From contig NC_043013.1 in NCBI RefSeq assembly GCF_006345805.1, positions 21,514,001-21,578,000 of the forward strand: 64,000 nt of DNA, written 5' to 3'. The number at the start of each line of letters is the position of its first letter. The stretch's first letter is position 1. This stretch comes from Octopus sinensis. Taxonomy: Eukaryota. The notes beneath the pieces are model-generated. The model saw only the letters and a list, made by a program, of their open reading frames with translations. It was not told the DNA's origin and ran no database searches. Positions 37,181 to 50,941 of the stretch are shown here, one piece after another. The translations under genes and the position numbers were made by a program.

Positions 37181-37932
37181 TTAAAGGCAAGTTTGATAGG
37201 AACAGACAGGAGAAAAGTAGAAGGAGTAAGATTAATAGTAATAACAGAGAAAGCTTAGGATGAAAATGTACGAACACACAAACACAGTAGAAAGTGAAAG
37301 TGAAGAAGTTAAAATGGGAAATATAGGCATTGAAATGCAAATACATACATGCTTATTAATACACATAAAATACACACATGTATGAAAACAAATATGTAAA
37401 TATATGTATATATGCAAAGGCGAGCTCAAATATATAAACTCATGGGAAATGACATACAAACATATAAACACATCCAAAACAACATGCAAACATACAAATG
37501 CTTTCATGTTAACACACATAAAGTATACATACGCGTGCATATAAAATATGCATATAACACTTGTAGAGATAGACAAGACAAGTATGTTAAACATGAAGAA
37601 AAGGACAGAAAAACGAGTAGTATACAGTGATGAATGAAAATAAATTATAAATAATTAAATTACATATATAGATAAAATTGCTCAATGAAATTGGTGGCCA
37701 TTGAAAGGTTTTACTGGTTTAATACACTAATTATATAGAAATATAAAAAATATGATTTTGTAAAAAAAAGCTTCTGTCCTAGCTACAGCATGCAAAACAA
37801 AGTGAATAAGAATGCAATAATATAAAATGGTAAAGAAGCAATAGAACTTGCAAGACCTTCAGAAATACACAAATGATATTAAGATAATGGTATTAAAAAA
37901 TTCTTTCTGGACATAGCTTAAAATATACATAT

Positions 37933-38329
37933 GGTGTGGCTGTGTGGTAAGAAGCTTGCTTCCCAACCACATGGTTCTGGGTTCAGTCCCACTGCATGGC
38001 ACCTTGAGTAAGTGTCTTCTATTATAGCCTCCTGTTGACCAAAGCCTTGTGAGTGGATTTGGTAGAGGGAAACTGAAAGAAGCTTATCGTATATACATAT
38101 ATATAATATGTGTGTGTGTGTATATATATGTATTTGTTAGTGTGTCTATGTTTGTCCCCCACCATTGCTTGACAACTGATGTTGGTGTGTTTACATACCC
38201 ATAACTTAGTGATTTAGCAAAAGAGACTGAAAGAATAAGTACTAGGGTTAATTTCTTAAACTAGAAAAACCTTTTAAAGCAGTGCTCCAGTATGGCCACA
38301 GTCAGGTGACTGAAACAAGTAAAAGAGTA
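37933..38329 (+). mobile_element. SINE family B
   Basis: Full-length degenerate copy. Confidence 0.8.
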
Positions 38330-39200
38330 CATATAAGTTAGTTGGAAAAAACCATGGGCCAAATTCCGTATAAAGCAGCAAAAAGTAATCATTTAAAATA
38401 AGTCTTTTTAAAAAAGTAGGGAAGTGTGCAATAAAAATGGGGAAATATGGTGAAGTCCGAATAGGTTGTCCATATGGAACCATTTGGCAGCTCATAAGGT
38501 ACCTAGAAGCCAGTTGGCAGAATCCTATCTTGTGATTTAAGGTATGCTTATTCCTGGAAAAGGATAAAGAAATTTTTCACTGACATACTGGACCTCTCAT
38601 TGAGTTCCTCCTATATGAGGTCCCCTTCTCAAATATGGACCAATAAGTTTGAAATGGAGGAAGAAACTGCTTCTTTTGATTGCTATGTATGTTTGGCCAG
38701 GCTTGTTGTTGATTTGTTTTCTGGGTACTTGAAAGAATTCCTGTGCATATATAGTCTTGTTTTGAAGTTATTTCCTGTGGAGCCTGTCTATGTTTTGTAT
38801 GTATTGGCGTTATCCCGTTGAACCTTAGGTCTATATACAATACCTTAATTAAGCAATTTCCATCTAAATGACAGCTACCTGGGTCTTAGGGTCAGGTTCT
38901 TAGTTTTGTTGAGAATGGTTGTATTATGTTGGTTTATAAAAGAGGTGGAGTTTTTGCAACAAGAATCCTAATCTTTAGCGGTCTTCTATTGAAAATTTTA
39001 TATTTGTCTAGAGACTTGATTAAAAAATTCTCTCCTTACATTGGTTCTAACGGTGATGCTAAAAGTTGAATTGTACCACAAGACCTTTCTAATCCTAGTT
39101 CTTTGGTCCTACTATGGTTCCATCTGTTATTAATACAGTAGATCTTCTCTGAGAATCTACCATTTTGCAATGTATTATTGTAATACGGAGAGGCATTGCA
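38330..39200 (-). mobile_element. Decayed Penelope-like element (Neptune-type linker and GIY-YIG endonuclease)
   Basis: Minus-strand remnants in order: LWYNSTFSITVRTNV, NSTSFINQHNTTILNK, DPGSCHLDGNCLIK, TGSTGNNFKTRLYMHRNSF, TSLAKH. Confidence 0.65.
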
Positions 39201-40816
39201 AAGGGCTGCCTCGTCTGATGACTATGATGAAATGCACTTTCCTATATTGCTTACCATATTTCAGGTGGGTGGGTGATTAGACCCTTATTAAAACTATCTG
39301 ATCCTAAACTTAGGTTAATGCCTAAAAAGTTAACACTCCTGAGGTTTGTGTCAGTTGTGATTTCTAAGCCTGATTCTTTGGAAGAATGTAATCAGATTCT
39401 TTCTAAGGCCATCTTTAGTTAATGAACAGTTGCTATCATCCGTAGTCGTAGTCTGCACAGATGAGATATTTGGCTTGTGAAAGACTTAAGTGTGTCTAAA
39501 ATCCAAGCCAGACATTCGTCCACATTGCTTGATTGAGATGTCTGGTGTGGAAGGGTTTCATTGGTCTGGGCATGTCACCTGACCTGACGAGATGATGCTG
39601 CAGCTTCCTTTCAATGGTGCATCGCCTTTGCCTTTGCAACAGTTTACAAGGATGCTGCTACACAAGTCATTGAGCAGGACTTCTACTACGTTGTTTCTGA
39701 TTTGTTTCCTTTGGTAAGGTCTTTTAGCTGTGCTAATAACGCCATGGTAGTGTTGTCTCTAAAAAGGCCATCTTCAATTTTAATAGCTTCACATTGTTCA
39801 TTTACTCATATTTCCCCTTATTTCTTGAATTCCTTTGTTGACTGTCTTTTTCTTCTTCCCTCTGTTCTTATCTTTTAGTCTTTTCGTTTTGTCACAGACA
39901 TCCCATGTTTCGTTTGTGATTGATGGTTTGTATTTTCCCCAGAACATCACTTGCTGCTCACAGTGTTGTTAAATTTGTATGTTCTAGTCTCCTAAGTCTT
40001 CTTTCATTGAGGTGTGTTGTCTTTCTGTCTTCGCCATTTTGCTTCGAGGGCCAGAGTGTTTTCGTCCTCAAGCACTCGGACTCCTTATTGACAGGTTTTG
40101 CACTCTGTTCTCTCCTTAGCTAACTTTTTCCCAAGTCTTTGCATCGAAGTTAGCACTTGATCAAGCTGATTTTACATGTGTCTTTAAATCTCAGCTTTGG
40201 TTGCCCTCTGGGTCTGCTGCTACCCTGAACCAAAGAAAGAAAGACAACACACTGCAGCCCTGCAGCACCTTCCTTGCTTGCAGACTTAGCAGCAGAACTT
40301 GCTCATCAAACGTAAGCGGGATCAGCCATGAGAGGAACTGCCGGAGGAAGACTCTGAGTCCCTAATTAAGGCATTCACTGCTTAGACCGTCGTCTGTCAA
40401 AATGTAATAGAATTGTAGAAGTGGTGCTAATTTTTCACCAAGTGTTGCTTGAAAATTCTTGAGAGATAAACAAGGCCTTTATTTTTGACTCTGTCCATTA
40501 TTTATACTGCGTTCCTTTTTGTTTGTTTGTGTGCATGTGTGTGGGTCAGTGTGTGTGTGCCTTTGCATGCATGTATGTATGTATGCATGTGTGTGTGTGT
40601 ATATACATACATACGTACATACATGCATGCATAGGCACACACGCACTCACACTGACCCAATATTTTTCATTTTATTTGGTTGAATCTCAACCAGTTGGTT
40701 TTGGTCTGTTGATTCTCTTCAGAAACATTCTGGAATTCATCAGGACAAAGTCAAGGTCACCAAGCAAATAAGAAATAACACTTATTGACCAAAGACAAAA
40801 ATGGACAAAATTTGTT

Positions 40817-41083
40817 GCCAATGCCAGCGCCGCCTTGACTGGCTTCCGTACCGGTGGCACGTAAAATGCACCAACCGATTATGGCCGTTGCCTGCTTCCC
40901 CTGGCACGTAAAAAGCACCCACTACACTCAAGGAGTGGTTGGCGTTAGGAAGGGCATCCAGCTGTAGAAACACTGCCAGATCAGACTGGAGCCTGCTGCA
41001 GCCTCCTGGCTTCCCAGACGCCGGTCGAACCGTCCAACCTGTGCTATCATGGAAAACGGACGTTAAACAATGATGATAATGAT
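40817..41083 (+). mobile_element. Family C RTE 3' end
   Basis: Modules, core and tail present. Confidence 0.8.
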
Positions 41084-42104
41084 GCTGTAACAGTTAAAAT
41101 CTTGTGGAGTATATGCCAGGTTCACATATGGGATATTTTGTGCTTAGCAAGAGTATTTGACAACATGTTGTTAAAACTGGCAAATTCCAGCAGACACCTG
41201 CCAACTTGCAACTGATTTGTCATTGCATCAAGGGCTGATCCACTCTCCTTTGTTCATCCCTCCCCACTTTGGCACTCCAGCCACCCTGTTTAATATGCTT
41301 CCTGTCCATCTTGTTGATGGCATTTGTTGAAGGCTGTTCAATATGTTTGCCCTGCTGCAAACCAACACTGGTTGTGAAGCAGTGGTAACACACACACACA
41401 CATACACCCTTATATGACAATCTTCTTTCAGTTTCTGTCTACCTAGCACTCACAAGGCTTTGGTTGGCTCAGGGCTATAGCAGAAGACACTTGCCCAAGG
41501 ACTGAACCCAGAACCATGTGGTTGGGAAGTGAGTTTTTTTTTTTACCACAAACCCAAAATACTTTCTAGAGCTGTACACAGATAATAGAAGGGACCATTA
41601 GCTATTTGTATATAATTTCAACAATAGAAGTGACAAGAGCTCTGCTCTTTCTGTATTTCTGCTTCAAAGGAGATCAATTATTGATCAGATATCATAGTTT
41701 AGTGCTTAGGAAGGGTATCCAGCCATAAAACCACAATGTTTTCCACATCTCACCATTAAACAAAAAAAAAAAGAAAAGAAAGAAAAAAAACCTCAAAATA
41801 AGATAGAAGATATATTCTGTAGTAGAAGAACTAATGCTTCTGTTTGTGTCTTTATTAAGGTTTTGCTCGTTATATAACGATACAAATATTTTGTCAATTA
41901 TTTTATTGTTATTCTTGGAATTGGAAATAAATTTCAATAATATTCAGGAATAAATATCAAAATAAAATTTTGTGTTGTTTTTACTGTTTTGGATGGTAAA
42001 AAAATTTAGCTGAGAAAACATTTACACACATACATACAAACCCACAATATACATATGTGTGTGTATAAAATATAAATACTCATGTGTGTATATATCTATC
42101 TATC

Positions 42105-42218
<114 letters not shown>

Positions 42219-43076
42219 TATGTGTGCATACACTGAAATAGGTATGTACATATTCTCATATATGCTTATATATAGCTACATATACACAGCGACTCTCTCT
42301 CATCCTCACATACACATTCAACTTGAAGAAGTGAATATATAAGCATGTGTGTGTTTGTGGTGTATGTGTGTGTGTATATATAATTATATTGTCTAGATCA
42401 GAAAATTGGAAATTTTAGGTTTATTTTTGGTCAATAACTAGAAGCTATTAATATTATTATATATTGTGGTTGTAGATTTTTTTATTTTTTATTTTTGTGC
42501 TATCATCATTATTATTATTATTATTATTGTTGTTGTTATTCTTGTTTTTGTTTTTCCAAGTTTTTCTTTATTTCAAACTAATTGCACTAATAAGAGACGA
42601 GGAGTATCTTTCTTGGCAACGGTTCACATTCCCAACAGCAGCGACACACACACACACGCACACACACAGACTACAGAGATGTACACACAAACATAACGTA
42701 CACATGGGCTAATACAGACATGTACGCACGCACACACACTCAAACATGTGTATGTGTAACTATGTACATGTGAATGTACACCTATATTCACATAATTGCA
42801 TGCATAAATAATGCATAAATACAAATGCATGTGCATGTGTACATACATACTTATATGTATATGTATGTGTGCGTGTATATATATATATATATATATATCA
42901 TCATCATCATCATTTATGATATATATATATGTATGTGTGCGTGTATATATATATATATCATCATCATCATTTATGATATATATATATATATATATATACA
43001 CATACATGTATATGTATATGTATGTATATATATATATACATGTATACATACATACATTCATACATATAAATGTATA

Positions 43077-43132
<56 letters not shown>

Positions 43133-44086
43133 CACATATATATATATATATGCACACACATACACACATGAACATAATGACTCACAAATATGTATATACA
43201 GAAACAGACTGGCATACACATGGAGTTCCTAACACATGTGCGCACACACACACACACTCGCACGCACACACACACACATTTGCAGTTGTCCCTGTGGCTG
43301 TTACCGATTCTTTCTCCAAATGAAGAGATTCTTGGTTGACAAATTAGTTGCCGTCTTCTGTTGTTTGTCTTTGATGAAAACACACAACGACAGTTTGGTG
43401 GACATATTCTTTCCCATGGAACTGTTTGCTGTGTTTTATTTTGTTTATAACAAAGCAACAACAGCAGCAGCAGCAGCAGCAACCAGGTTTAGACCCTTAA
43501 ACCCTCCCTCTTCTCTTCCTCCACTTGTGTCCATCATTAAGCTCTCTACTTCATTTAACACACATTATTTCTCCGTTTCTCCACCCCGGGCTATTCTCAA
43601 TGTGATCTTCACTTTCAAATCTATAACTTTGATCAATGGTCCTTTTCCCCCATTCCCCTCCCCCACCTGTCCCTGCCTCCGCCTTCCTCGGCAACACTGC
43701 CAAATAAGGATCCTAGTTCCTCCCCCACTTACTCCCCCCCCCCCCATGGAGCGTCAGACAAGAAAAATTAGGATTGGAGAAAGGATATTTCAGGGATATC
43801 TGTTTACCTTAATGTTTTTCTTATGTTTTTTCCCTTTCTCTCTGCAACAATGTAGGGACAACACTTGGCCCTTTTCAAGTAGTAACAGTTGTAGGTTAGG
43901 TTTTTCCTTTCAGTTGTATTTTAAACCCAGGTTTCAAGGGTGTTCAAGACAGATATTTTGGCTGTTGTAGCTGTTGGAAACAGATTTCGCTACCATCATC
44001 ATCATCACCACCACCATCATTATACGTGCTGTGACCACCGCTGCCTGTGTTGATGTCTTTATGTATCTCACTTGCTAACTCTAGAC

Positions 44087-44443
44087 AAGTGGTTTTCAAC
44101 CAGGATTCATATCATCCCTTGGGGTCTATGTAAGACTTTTGGGAGTGGTCCACACAAGCAAAATACTAAATTGGAGATCCACAGTAGCATTTTAAGAGTC
44201 TGTGAAAAAATGTTACTTTGGATGTATTTATTGCAAGAAACGGGCTCAATTTCTTTCTCTGACATTTTACACAGTTCACCCTTCATAAGATAATGTGTGA
44301 TAAACAAAATAAGAATCTTCAACCAAATAAGTATCTTTAAATCTAGTTTTTAAACATCAAACGACCAAATTACTTTTCTATTCCACCAGAATAGAACAGT
44401 AATCAAAGGGTTCCATAGGCTAAAAAATGGTTGAAAATCCCTG
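44087..44443. mobile_element. hAT (Charlie-like) MITE
   Basis: Ends AAGTGGTTTTCAACC / GGTTGAAAATCCCTG; TSD CTCTAGAC / CTCTGGAC (7 of 8, NTCTAGAN-type). Confidence 0.7.
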
Positions 44444-45377
44444 CTCTGGACCAATGATAGCCAACCTGCAGGACTTTCTGAATGAAAATTTACTTTCACT
44501 TTTTTAGTATTGCAGCCTGCATGATGGCGAGCTATGTCTCATGTGACCCACTTCTCAAAGTCTGCTAATGCCTGCACTAGACAAATGTTGTTTTTGTCAT
44601 CCTTGAGATGCTTTTGACCTGGTGCAATATATTACTTCCAAGCCAATGTGACCGGCTGTTTTGTACCATGCTGTTGCCTATTGTTTTAGGTGTCCCTGTA
44701 GTTGCAAGCAGACATAGATGTACCCTCAGCTTCCCCACCATTGATCCAGTGAAACCTCCACAGTGTGGCAATTAGAGGGAGTGCATTAATACTGAGGCTG
44801 GTCCTTATTTTCAGCTGAGTGGACTGGAGCAGCATGAAAATGATGGGCCTTGCTTGACTGCAGTCTGCCATCCAATCCACAAATCGAATGTACAGCCTTA
44901 TGATCATGCCCCTCCCCCAACACTCCTAATTACTAGGACACCATATCTTCATACATACGTAATACATTTATTCACACACTGACACACATTGCTATGAGCA
45001 ATGTACTGATCAAGCTAATGAGAGTATAATAAAACAAAAAGATAGACAAGCAATACATACCTATATATTTATATTAATGGTGAATACTTGATAAGTGTAA
45101 GCACCTGTATATGCCAGATAGTGGCAGAGGTGAGAGAGAATATATCAAATAAATTAAAAACAGAACACAAAGGATATCTCGGTACACGTGTTTCCTTTTA
45201 TAACAATAATACACTGATGTAATAACGGATTGTTTATAAAGCTTGAAACATGTGTGCCACGATATCCTTTGTGTTCTGTTTTTAATTTTATTTGATATAT
45301 TTATATTAATGTTTAGCAGAAGCAACAGAGTGGCTCAAGACCCAAGAGCTAAATATTAATAAAAATATACATATATA

Positions 45378-45736
45378 CGGGTTCAGTCCCACTGCGTGGC
45401 ACCTTGGGCAAGTGTCTTCTACTATAGCCTTGGGCTGACCAAAGCCTTGTGAGTGGATTTGGTAGACGGAAACTGAAAGAAGCCCGTCGTATATATGTAT
45501 ATATATATGTGTGTGTGTGTGTATATTTGTGTGTCTGTGTTTGTTCCCCCAACATCGCTTGACAACCGATGCTGGTGTGTTTACGTCCCCGTAACTTAGT
45601 GGTTCGGCAAAAGAGACCGATAGCATAAGTACTAGGCTTACAAAGAATAAGTCCTGTGGCCGATTTGCCCGACTAAAGGTGCTGCTCCAGCAGGGGCGCA
45701 GTCAAATGACTGAAACAAGTAAAAGAGTAGAGAGTA
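45378..45736 (+). mobile_element. SINE family B (5' truncated, young)
   Basis: Close to the family consensus seen in other copies. Confidence 0.85.
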
Positions 45737-46241
45737 TACTCCTATTTTGAGTTGTGTTTTTCCTGTTTTGCAATCACCACCTCAATGTGAGTATTCTCTA
45801 AGAATAGATGATACTGCTATTTTAACTCCAGGAGGACGCCTTCTCCAGCTGGTTATCCAGTGTGTTAGTTTGCTTCTAGTGCCGCATAGAAAGAACCGAG
45901 CACACTCTCTGAAGTGGTTGGCATTAGGAAAGGCATCTGGCTGTAGTGATTATGCCAGAATAGACAAATACCTTACCAGTTTTCAGTCAAACCGTTCAAC
46001 CCATGCCTGCCTGGAAAGCGGATGTTAAATGACGATGTTGATGATGATGACATACATACATAATATATTTATGCATATGTGTTACTTGGTCTGTGTTCAT
46101 ACTCCACCCTTAACAGCTAGACTTTTCTTCCTCTGTTCTTACTTTCCAGTATACCTGTTTTATAAAATGATGTCCATACTCGTTAAGAATGTGTTAGGTA
46201 AACACTGTGTGTACACTCATTGTGAGGACTATATTATCAAC

Positions 46242-46470
46242 GGCGAGCTGGCAGAAATCTTAGCGCGCCGGGCAAAATGCTTATCGGTAATTTGTCTGCC
46301 GCTACGTTCTGAGTTCAAATTCCGCCGAGGTCAACTTTGCCTTTCATCCTTTCAGGGTCAATAAATTAAGTACCAGTTACGCACTGGGGTCAGTGTAATC
46401 GACTTAATCCCTTTGTCTGTCCTTGTTTGTCCCCTCTCTGTGTTAGCCCCTTGTGGGCAATAAAGAAATA
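46242..46470 (+). mobile_element. Young SINE family A with 17-bp TSD
   Basis: AGGACTATATTATCAAC at 46225-46241 and 46471-46487. Confidence 0.92.
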
Positions 46471-46548
46471 AGGACTATATTATCAACCTGAGTGAATTCA
46501 ACATCAATTACCTTTTATATTCTACTTGTGATTCTCACTTTTTTGCAG

Positions 46549-46682
46549 GTACACCAGATGAGAATACTTGGCGTGGAGTATCCAGTTTGCCAGATTACAA
46601 ATCTTCTTTTCCACGTTGGCCAATCCAGAACATGGATCACCTAATACCAAGGTTGGAGAATGATGGAATTGACTTGCTCAAT
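46549..46682 (+). CDS. CDK2: CDK2 coding exon 7 (134 nt)
   Basis: Acceptor TTTTTTGCAG|GT; (G)TPDENTWRGVSSLPDYKSSFPRWPIQNMDHLIPRLENDGIDLLN; donor AAT|GTAAGA. Confidence 0.95.
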
Positions 46683-47963
46683 GTAAGAATTTCAACACCT
46701 CATCAACCCACTCTATCTCCATCCCCCTTGTACCTCGACTGTTATTTAATGTAACAGATCTTTCATTTACTGTCTTAGAAATCATTTTGGTGTCTTGTGT
46801 TGACTGCTTCTGATGATACTATTTCATCTGTAATTGTGAATATATTTATAAGATTAGATTTGAATGGAAATGATATTAACACCAAACATTTCCTGAGAGA
46901 ATATGCTTTTTTTCTGTTGAGGATTTGGACACAGAAGTGCAGCATCCATATCTGTCCAATTTGAATATAAAACAGAATATTTGAACTAGATATGGCTTGT
47001 TTAAATGCTAAAGGGTTAAACATACCCACAAAGTACTGAAGGATGACCTCAGGACACTGAACCTTTCGGAGGAGATGATAAAGGACCAAAATATCTGGCA
47101 CCTTGCTGTACACAAAAAGTCGTGCAGGAATTTTAAGGCCACTCCCCCTGCTAGAGTCTTAAGCTGGAGTCACATAAGCACTCATGCCAATGCCATATTA
47201 ACAGCACCCAGTACATATTGTGAAGTGGTTGGCATGTTAGGAAGGGCATCCAACTGTGGAAACCAAGCCAAATCAGACTGGAACCTGGTGCAGCTCCCTT
47301 GCTTGCCAGCTTTGGTCAAACGTCCAACCCATGCCAGCATAGAAAATGGGCAGTAAAGGAAGAGAATAATGATGAGCCAGTTGCTGGTGTTAAGCTAGGG
47401 TATAGATTAAGTCTACAATCCCAAAACAGGGGACACTAATACCTCATGAAGGGACCAATTCCATGCAGTTTCTGTCCATTAAATTTGGCTGGTTTTGTAA
47501 GGCTTGATTGACCAAAGGCTAGTAGAAGACCTGCATTCGCCAATCCCTGAAGCCAGTTGTTTGTAAACTTCTTAATGAAATAGCCATGCCTGCATCAGAA
47601 TTGCCTCGTTAAAAATTAGTTATGTAATTACTGTTTTAGTGTTCATTAGATGTTCGTTTAAGTTAGAGATTCAGATCATCTCTAAATATGGTGTTGAACA
47701 AAGATATGAATTATAAAATTCACACACAACCATCTCATTCTCTCCATCTCTCTCTTTCTTTCCTCCAACTGGGATATCTATGTATCTCTTCTACAGCACC
47801 TTTCTCTATCTTGTTATTCTTTTAATCTCTCATCATTTGGCACAAGGGCCACCTCCCTCAATACTACTTCCCCTAGTTGAGGGGACTTAGTTTTGCAACT
47901 TGCCTGGTGACCCCATCGCTGATGTCTTATGATGTCATCAAATTAATAACTGATGTTGAGATG

Positions 47964-48004
<41 letters not shown>

Positions 48005-48340
48005 TTAGGCAGCAAGCTGGCAGAATCGTTAGCACGCTCTGCGAACTGCTTAGTAGTATATCACCCATCTTTACATTCATGAGTTCAAATTCTGCTGAGG
48101 TCTTCTTTGTTTTTCATCCTTTTGGGATCGATAAAATAAGTCCCAGTTGAGCACTGGGGTTGATGTAATCAACTTAACTCCTCCTCCTCCGAAATTGCTG
48201 GCTTTGCACCAAAATTTGAAACCAGTATTATTCTAACGATTTGTTAATGTTTGTTTGTGTGTGCTGGTGTGAGAAGACCATTGTTGCTGCCTTTCTACTC
48301 TGTAGTGCTTCTCTCACAAATGTTCTGATTTCTCTTGTAG

Positions 48341-48442
48341 AATATGTTGCGTTATGAACCTAAGAACCGTATCACAGCCAGACTGGCACTTCTTCATCCC
48401 TACTTCAATGATGTGCGGAAACATAAACCTGTGATTGTCTGA
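48341..48442 (+). CDS. CDK2: CDK2 coding exon 8 (102 nt incl. TGA)
   Basis: Acceptor TTCTCTTGTAG|AAT; NMLRYEPKNRITARLALLHPYFNDVRKHKPVIV*. Exons sum to 894 nt = 297 aa plus stop. Confidence 0.94.
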   Translation, partial: NMLRYEPKNRITARLALLHPYFNDVRKHKPVIV

Positions 48443-50080
48443 GAAGAACTTCAAAAGGAATTACTTTTTGTTGAATTGTCATTCTTCAAATTATTTCATT
48501 TTTTTTTTCTGTATTTATTTTCTCTCTTTCTCTCTCCCTCTCTCTCTCTCTGCTTTATGTCTTTTAAAATATCAGGAACTTTTCTTGTTTTTAATATAGT
48601 TCAATGTTAAATGATAGGAAAGTCAACTTCTTGTAATAATTCTTTTTCCATTTTTGGATTGAAGTGTTGGGAGATTCTTCTATTTTCCAAAATTTGGGAC
48701 TTTTTTTTTTCTTTTTTTAAGTGACATTAAGATAACAATTAACAGTTTCTCTTCTGTTAGTCATTGGGAAGAGTACTTTGGATTATCTGCGAGTTTGATT
48801 TCTTAAAATTTTATCCTTTTGCACTATTAACTTCATTTTCACAGTGCCTATTTACCATTTTATTTCTACATTATGTTTCAATGCCATAGATCTCCGATCC
48901 TTATTACTTCAATATAGATACAAACTAGGAACCTTTTCTCTAATCTTGCAGCAATTATCTCTTTTGCATATTCTTTCTTTGAATCCCGTCTACCACTGCC
49001 ATATCTATATTCAGGAATAAAACACCTGGTAACCGGAGATCGAACTGCTTAAAATATGTGGATTTAAATGGAAATATGAAGTTAACTGTGAAATATAAAG
49101 TCCTGTCATTCCATTTTAGTTTCTCTCAATAAGCTATTTTTCTTCATATCTGAAATCTCCTGCTTTCTAAATTTTTTATTTGGATCCTATTTTTAGATCG
49201 ACAGGAGAAAGTGTAAAGGCTTATATTGTTTGAATCTCAACTAGTTTACTTGAATTTCCAACCTTTGTCCTTTGAAAGACAGTTGTAGACGTCACTATTT
49301 CTGTTAACGGACGTAGAATTAAATGTTTCAGAATACTGCAGGTTCCTGAAATTCTTGGACTTAAATTGAAGAGTTACTGTAATAGGCCTTAGGCCAGAAC
49401 ATTTTTTTAAAATAAAGAGCTAGATTAAGTGATATTAATAAACTAATTATTTTAACTAGTATTTGCCTAAATATATTGCCTTAGCAACCATTTGGCTGTA
49501 AAAATAAACAAAAAAGGCAACTCTGTTTATCAAATTTTACCACTCTGAAGTACTTATCTTTCGGAATTTAAAGTTTCTTTACATATTAAAAATTTCAACA
49601 TTGAATTCCCAAATATTAATCATTATGATAATGATGATGATGTTAACGAATGGGTATGGTGCTAGAGTAAAATATGCATTTATTAAAAGTCAAATTAATA
49701 ACAATATGATGATGATGGTTGAAGGGAACCAATTTAATGTAATGTTTGTTTGTTTGTCATGGATGGATGAGCTTTTTATCTGCTTCAATATATTTTTTGG
49801 TCTCTCAGATGTTAACCTTGTTCTGCTCACTGAATCAAAATCTCATTGGCTCACATCACTAATATCATTCAGGAAAGGCATGAATGTCGTAGCTTCATGT
49901 TTGTTTTTTTTGCCTCTCCTTGTTATAAATCAGAAGCTGTTTACCTCTTAACTGTTGTGGTCAGTTTCCTAAAATTCAGACCACTTTGAGGTCCCAGCAG
50001 ACAAAATGGAAAAAGGGTTGTCCTGGAGGATGGCGAAGACTCACAGGACTCACAGTGATTCAGCGCAGTCTCAGACTATG

Positions 50081-50439
50081 TGAGAGTCTCTCATGCTGTC
50101 TGATTGCAAGTATGAGAGTCTCTCATGCTGTCTGATTGCAAGTATGAGAGTCTCTCATGCTGTCTGATTGCAAGTATGAGAGTCTCTCATGCCGTCTGAT
50201 TGCAAGTATGAGAGTCTCTCATGCTGTCTGATTGCAAGTATGAGAGTCTCTCATACTGTCTGATTGCAAGTATGAGTCTCTCATACCGTCTGATTGCAAG
50301 TTTGAGAGTCTCTCATACTGTCTGATTGCAAGTATGAGAGTCTCTCATACCGTCTGATTGCAAGTATGAGAGTCTCTCATACCGTCTGATTGCAAGTATG
50401 AGAGTCTCTCATACCGTCTGATTGCAAGTATGAGAGTCT
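50081..50439. repeat. 32-bp palindromic minisatellite, 11 copies plus partial
   Basis: Unit TGAGAGTCTCTCAT(G/A)C(T/C)GTCTGATTGCAAGTA; starts 50081, 50113, 50145, 50177, 50209, 50241, 50273 (30 bp), 50303, 50335, 50367, 50399. Confidence 0.97.
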
Positions 50440-50492
50440 TTTGTACACAATAGTTTGAGGCTGTGGTTGCATACAAAGGAATGCACCCTTAA

Positions 50493-50603
50493 CCCTTAGG
50501 CATTCAGATTATTCTGCCAAATGTAGAATAGGTTTGAGAGGCTGGATCTGGATCATAAAACAAAATATTTGAGCCAGACATGGCTGATTTAAATGCTAAA
50601 GGG
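50493..50603. mobile_element. Short piggyBac-like MITE
   Basis: TTAA|CCCTTAGGCATT ... AATGCTAAAGGG|TTAA. Confidence 0.6.
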
Positions 50604-50903
50604 TTAACATAATATTTATTAACTAATTGAAAGTTTTCAGTGTTATATCAGTTGTCAGTTGTGCAATTTAATGCACATTTTCATTCCATTCATCAAAGAC
50701 TTTCTGTACAACCTTACTTTTCTATTGTCTCTTTCCTACCCACTAATATTTTTTGTCACCATAACTTTCTCAAATTTCAGAAAAAGAAACTTACGAAAAA
50801 AAAAAGAAGTTTTTGTCATATTTATTGTTTGTGATGTTTGTTAAGTTTTTCTAAAGATTTTTTCAACCTCAACATTTCATGTTAAGAGACAAGGATTTTA
50901 CAG

Positions 50904-50941
<38 letters not shown>

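Noticed and set aside
43236-43970. 244-aa plus-strand ORF
   Set aside because: Starts in (CA)n, low-complexity composition, no domain, and lies within a CDK2 intron on the same strand without splice support.
50081-50439. CRISPR array
   Set aside because: Spacers are near-identical, there are no cas genes, and the context is eukaryotic; it is a minisatellite.
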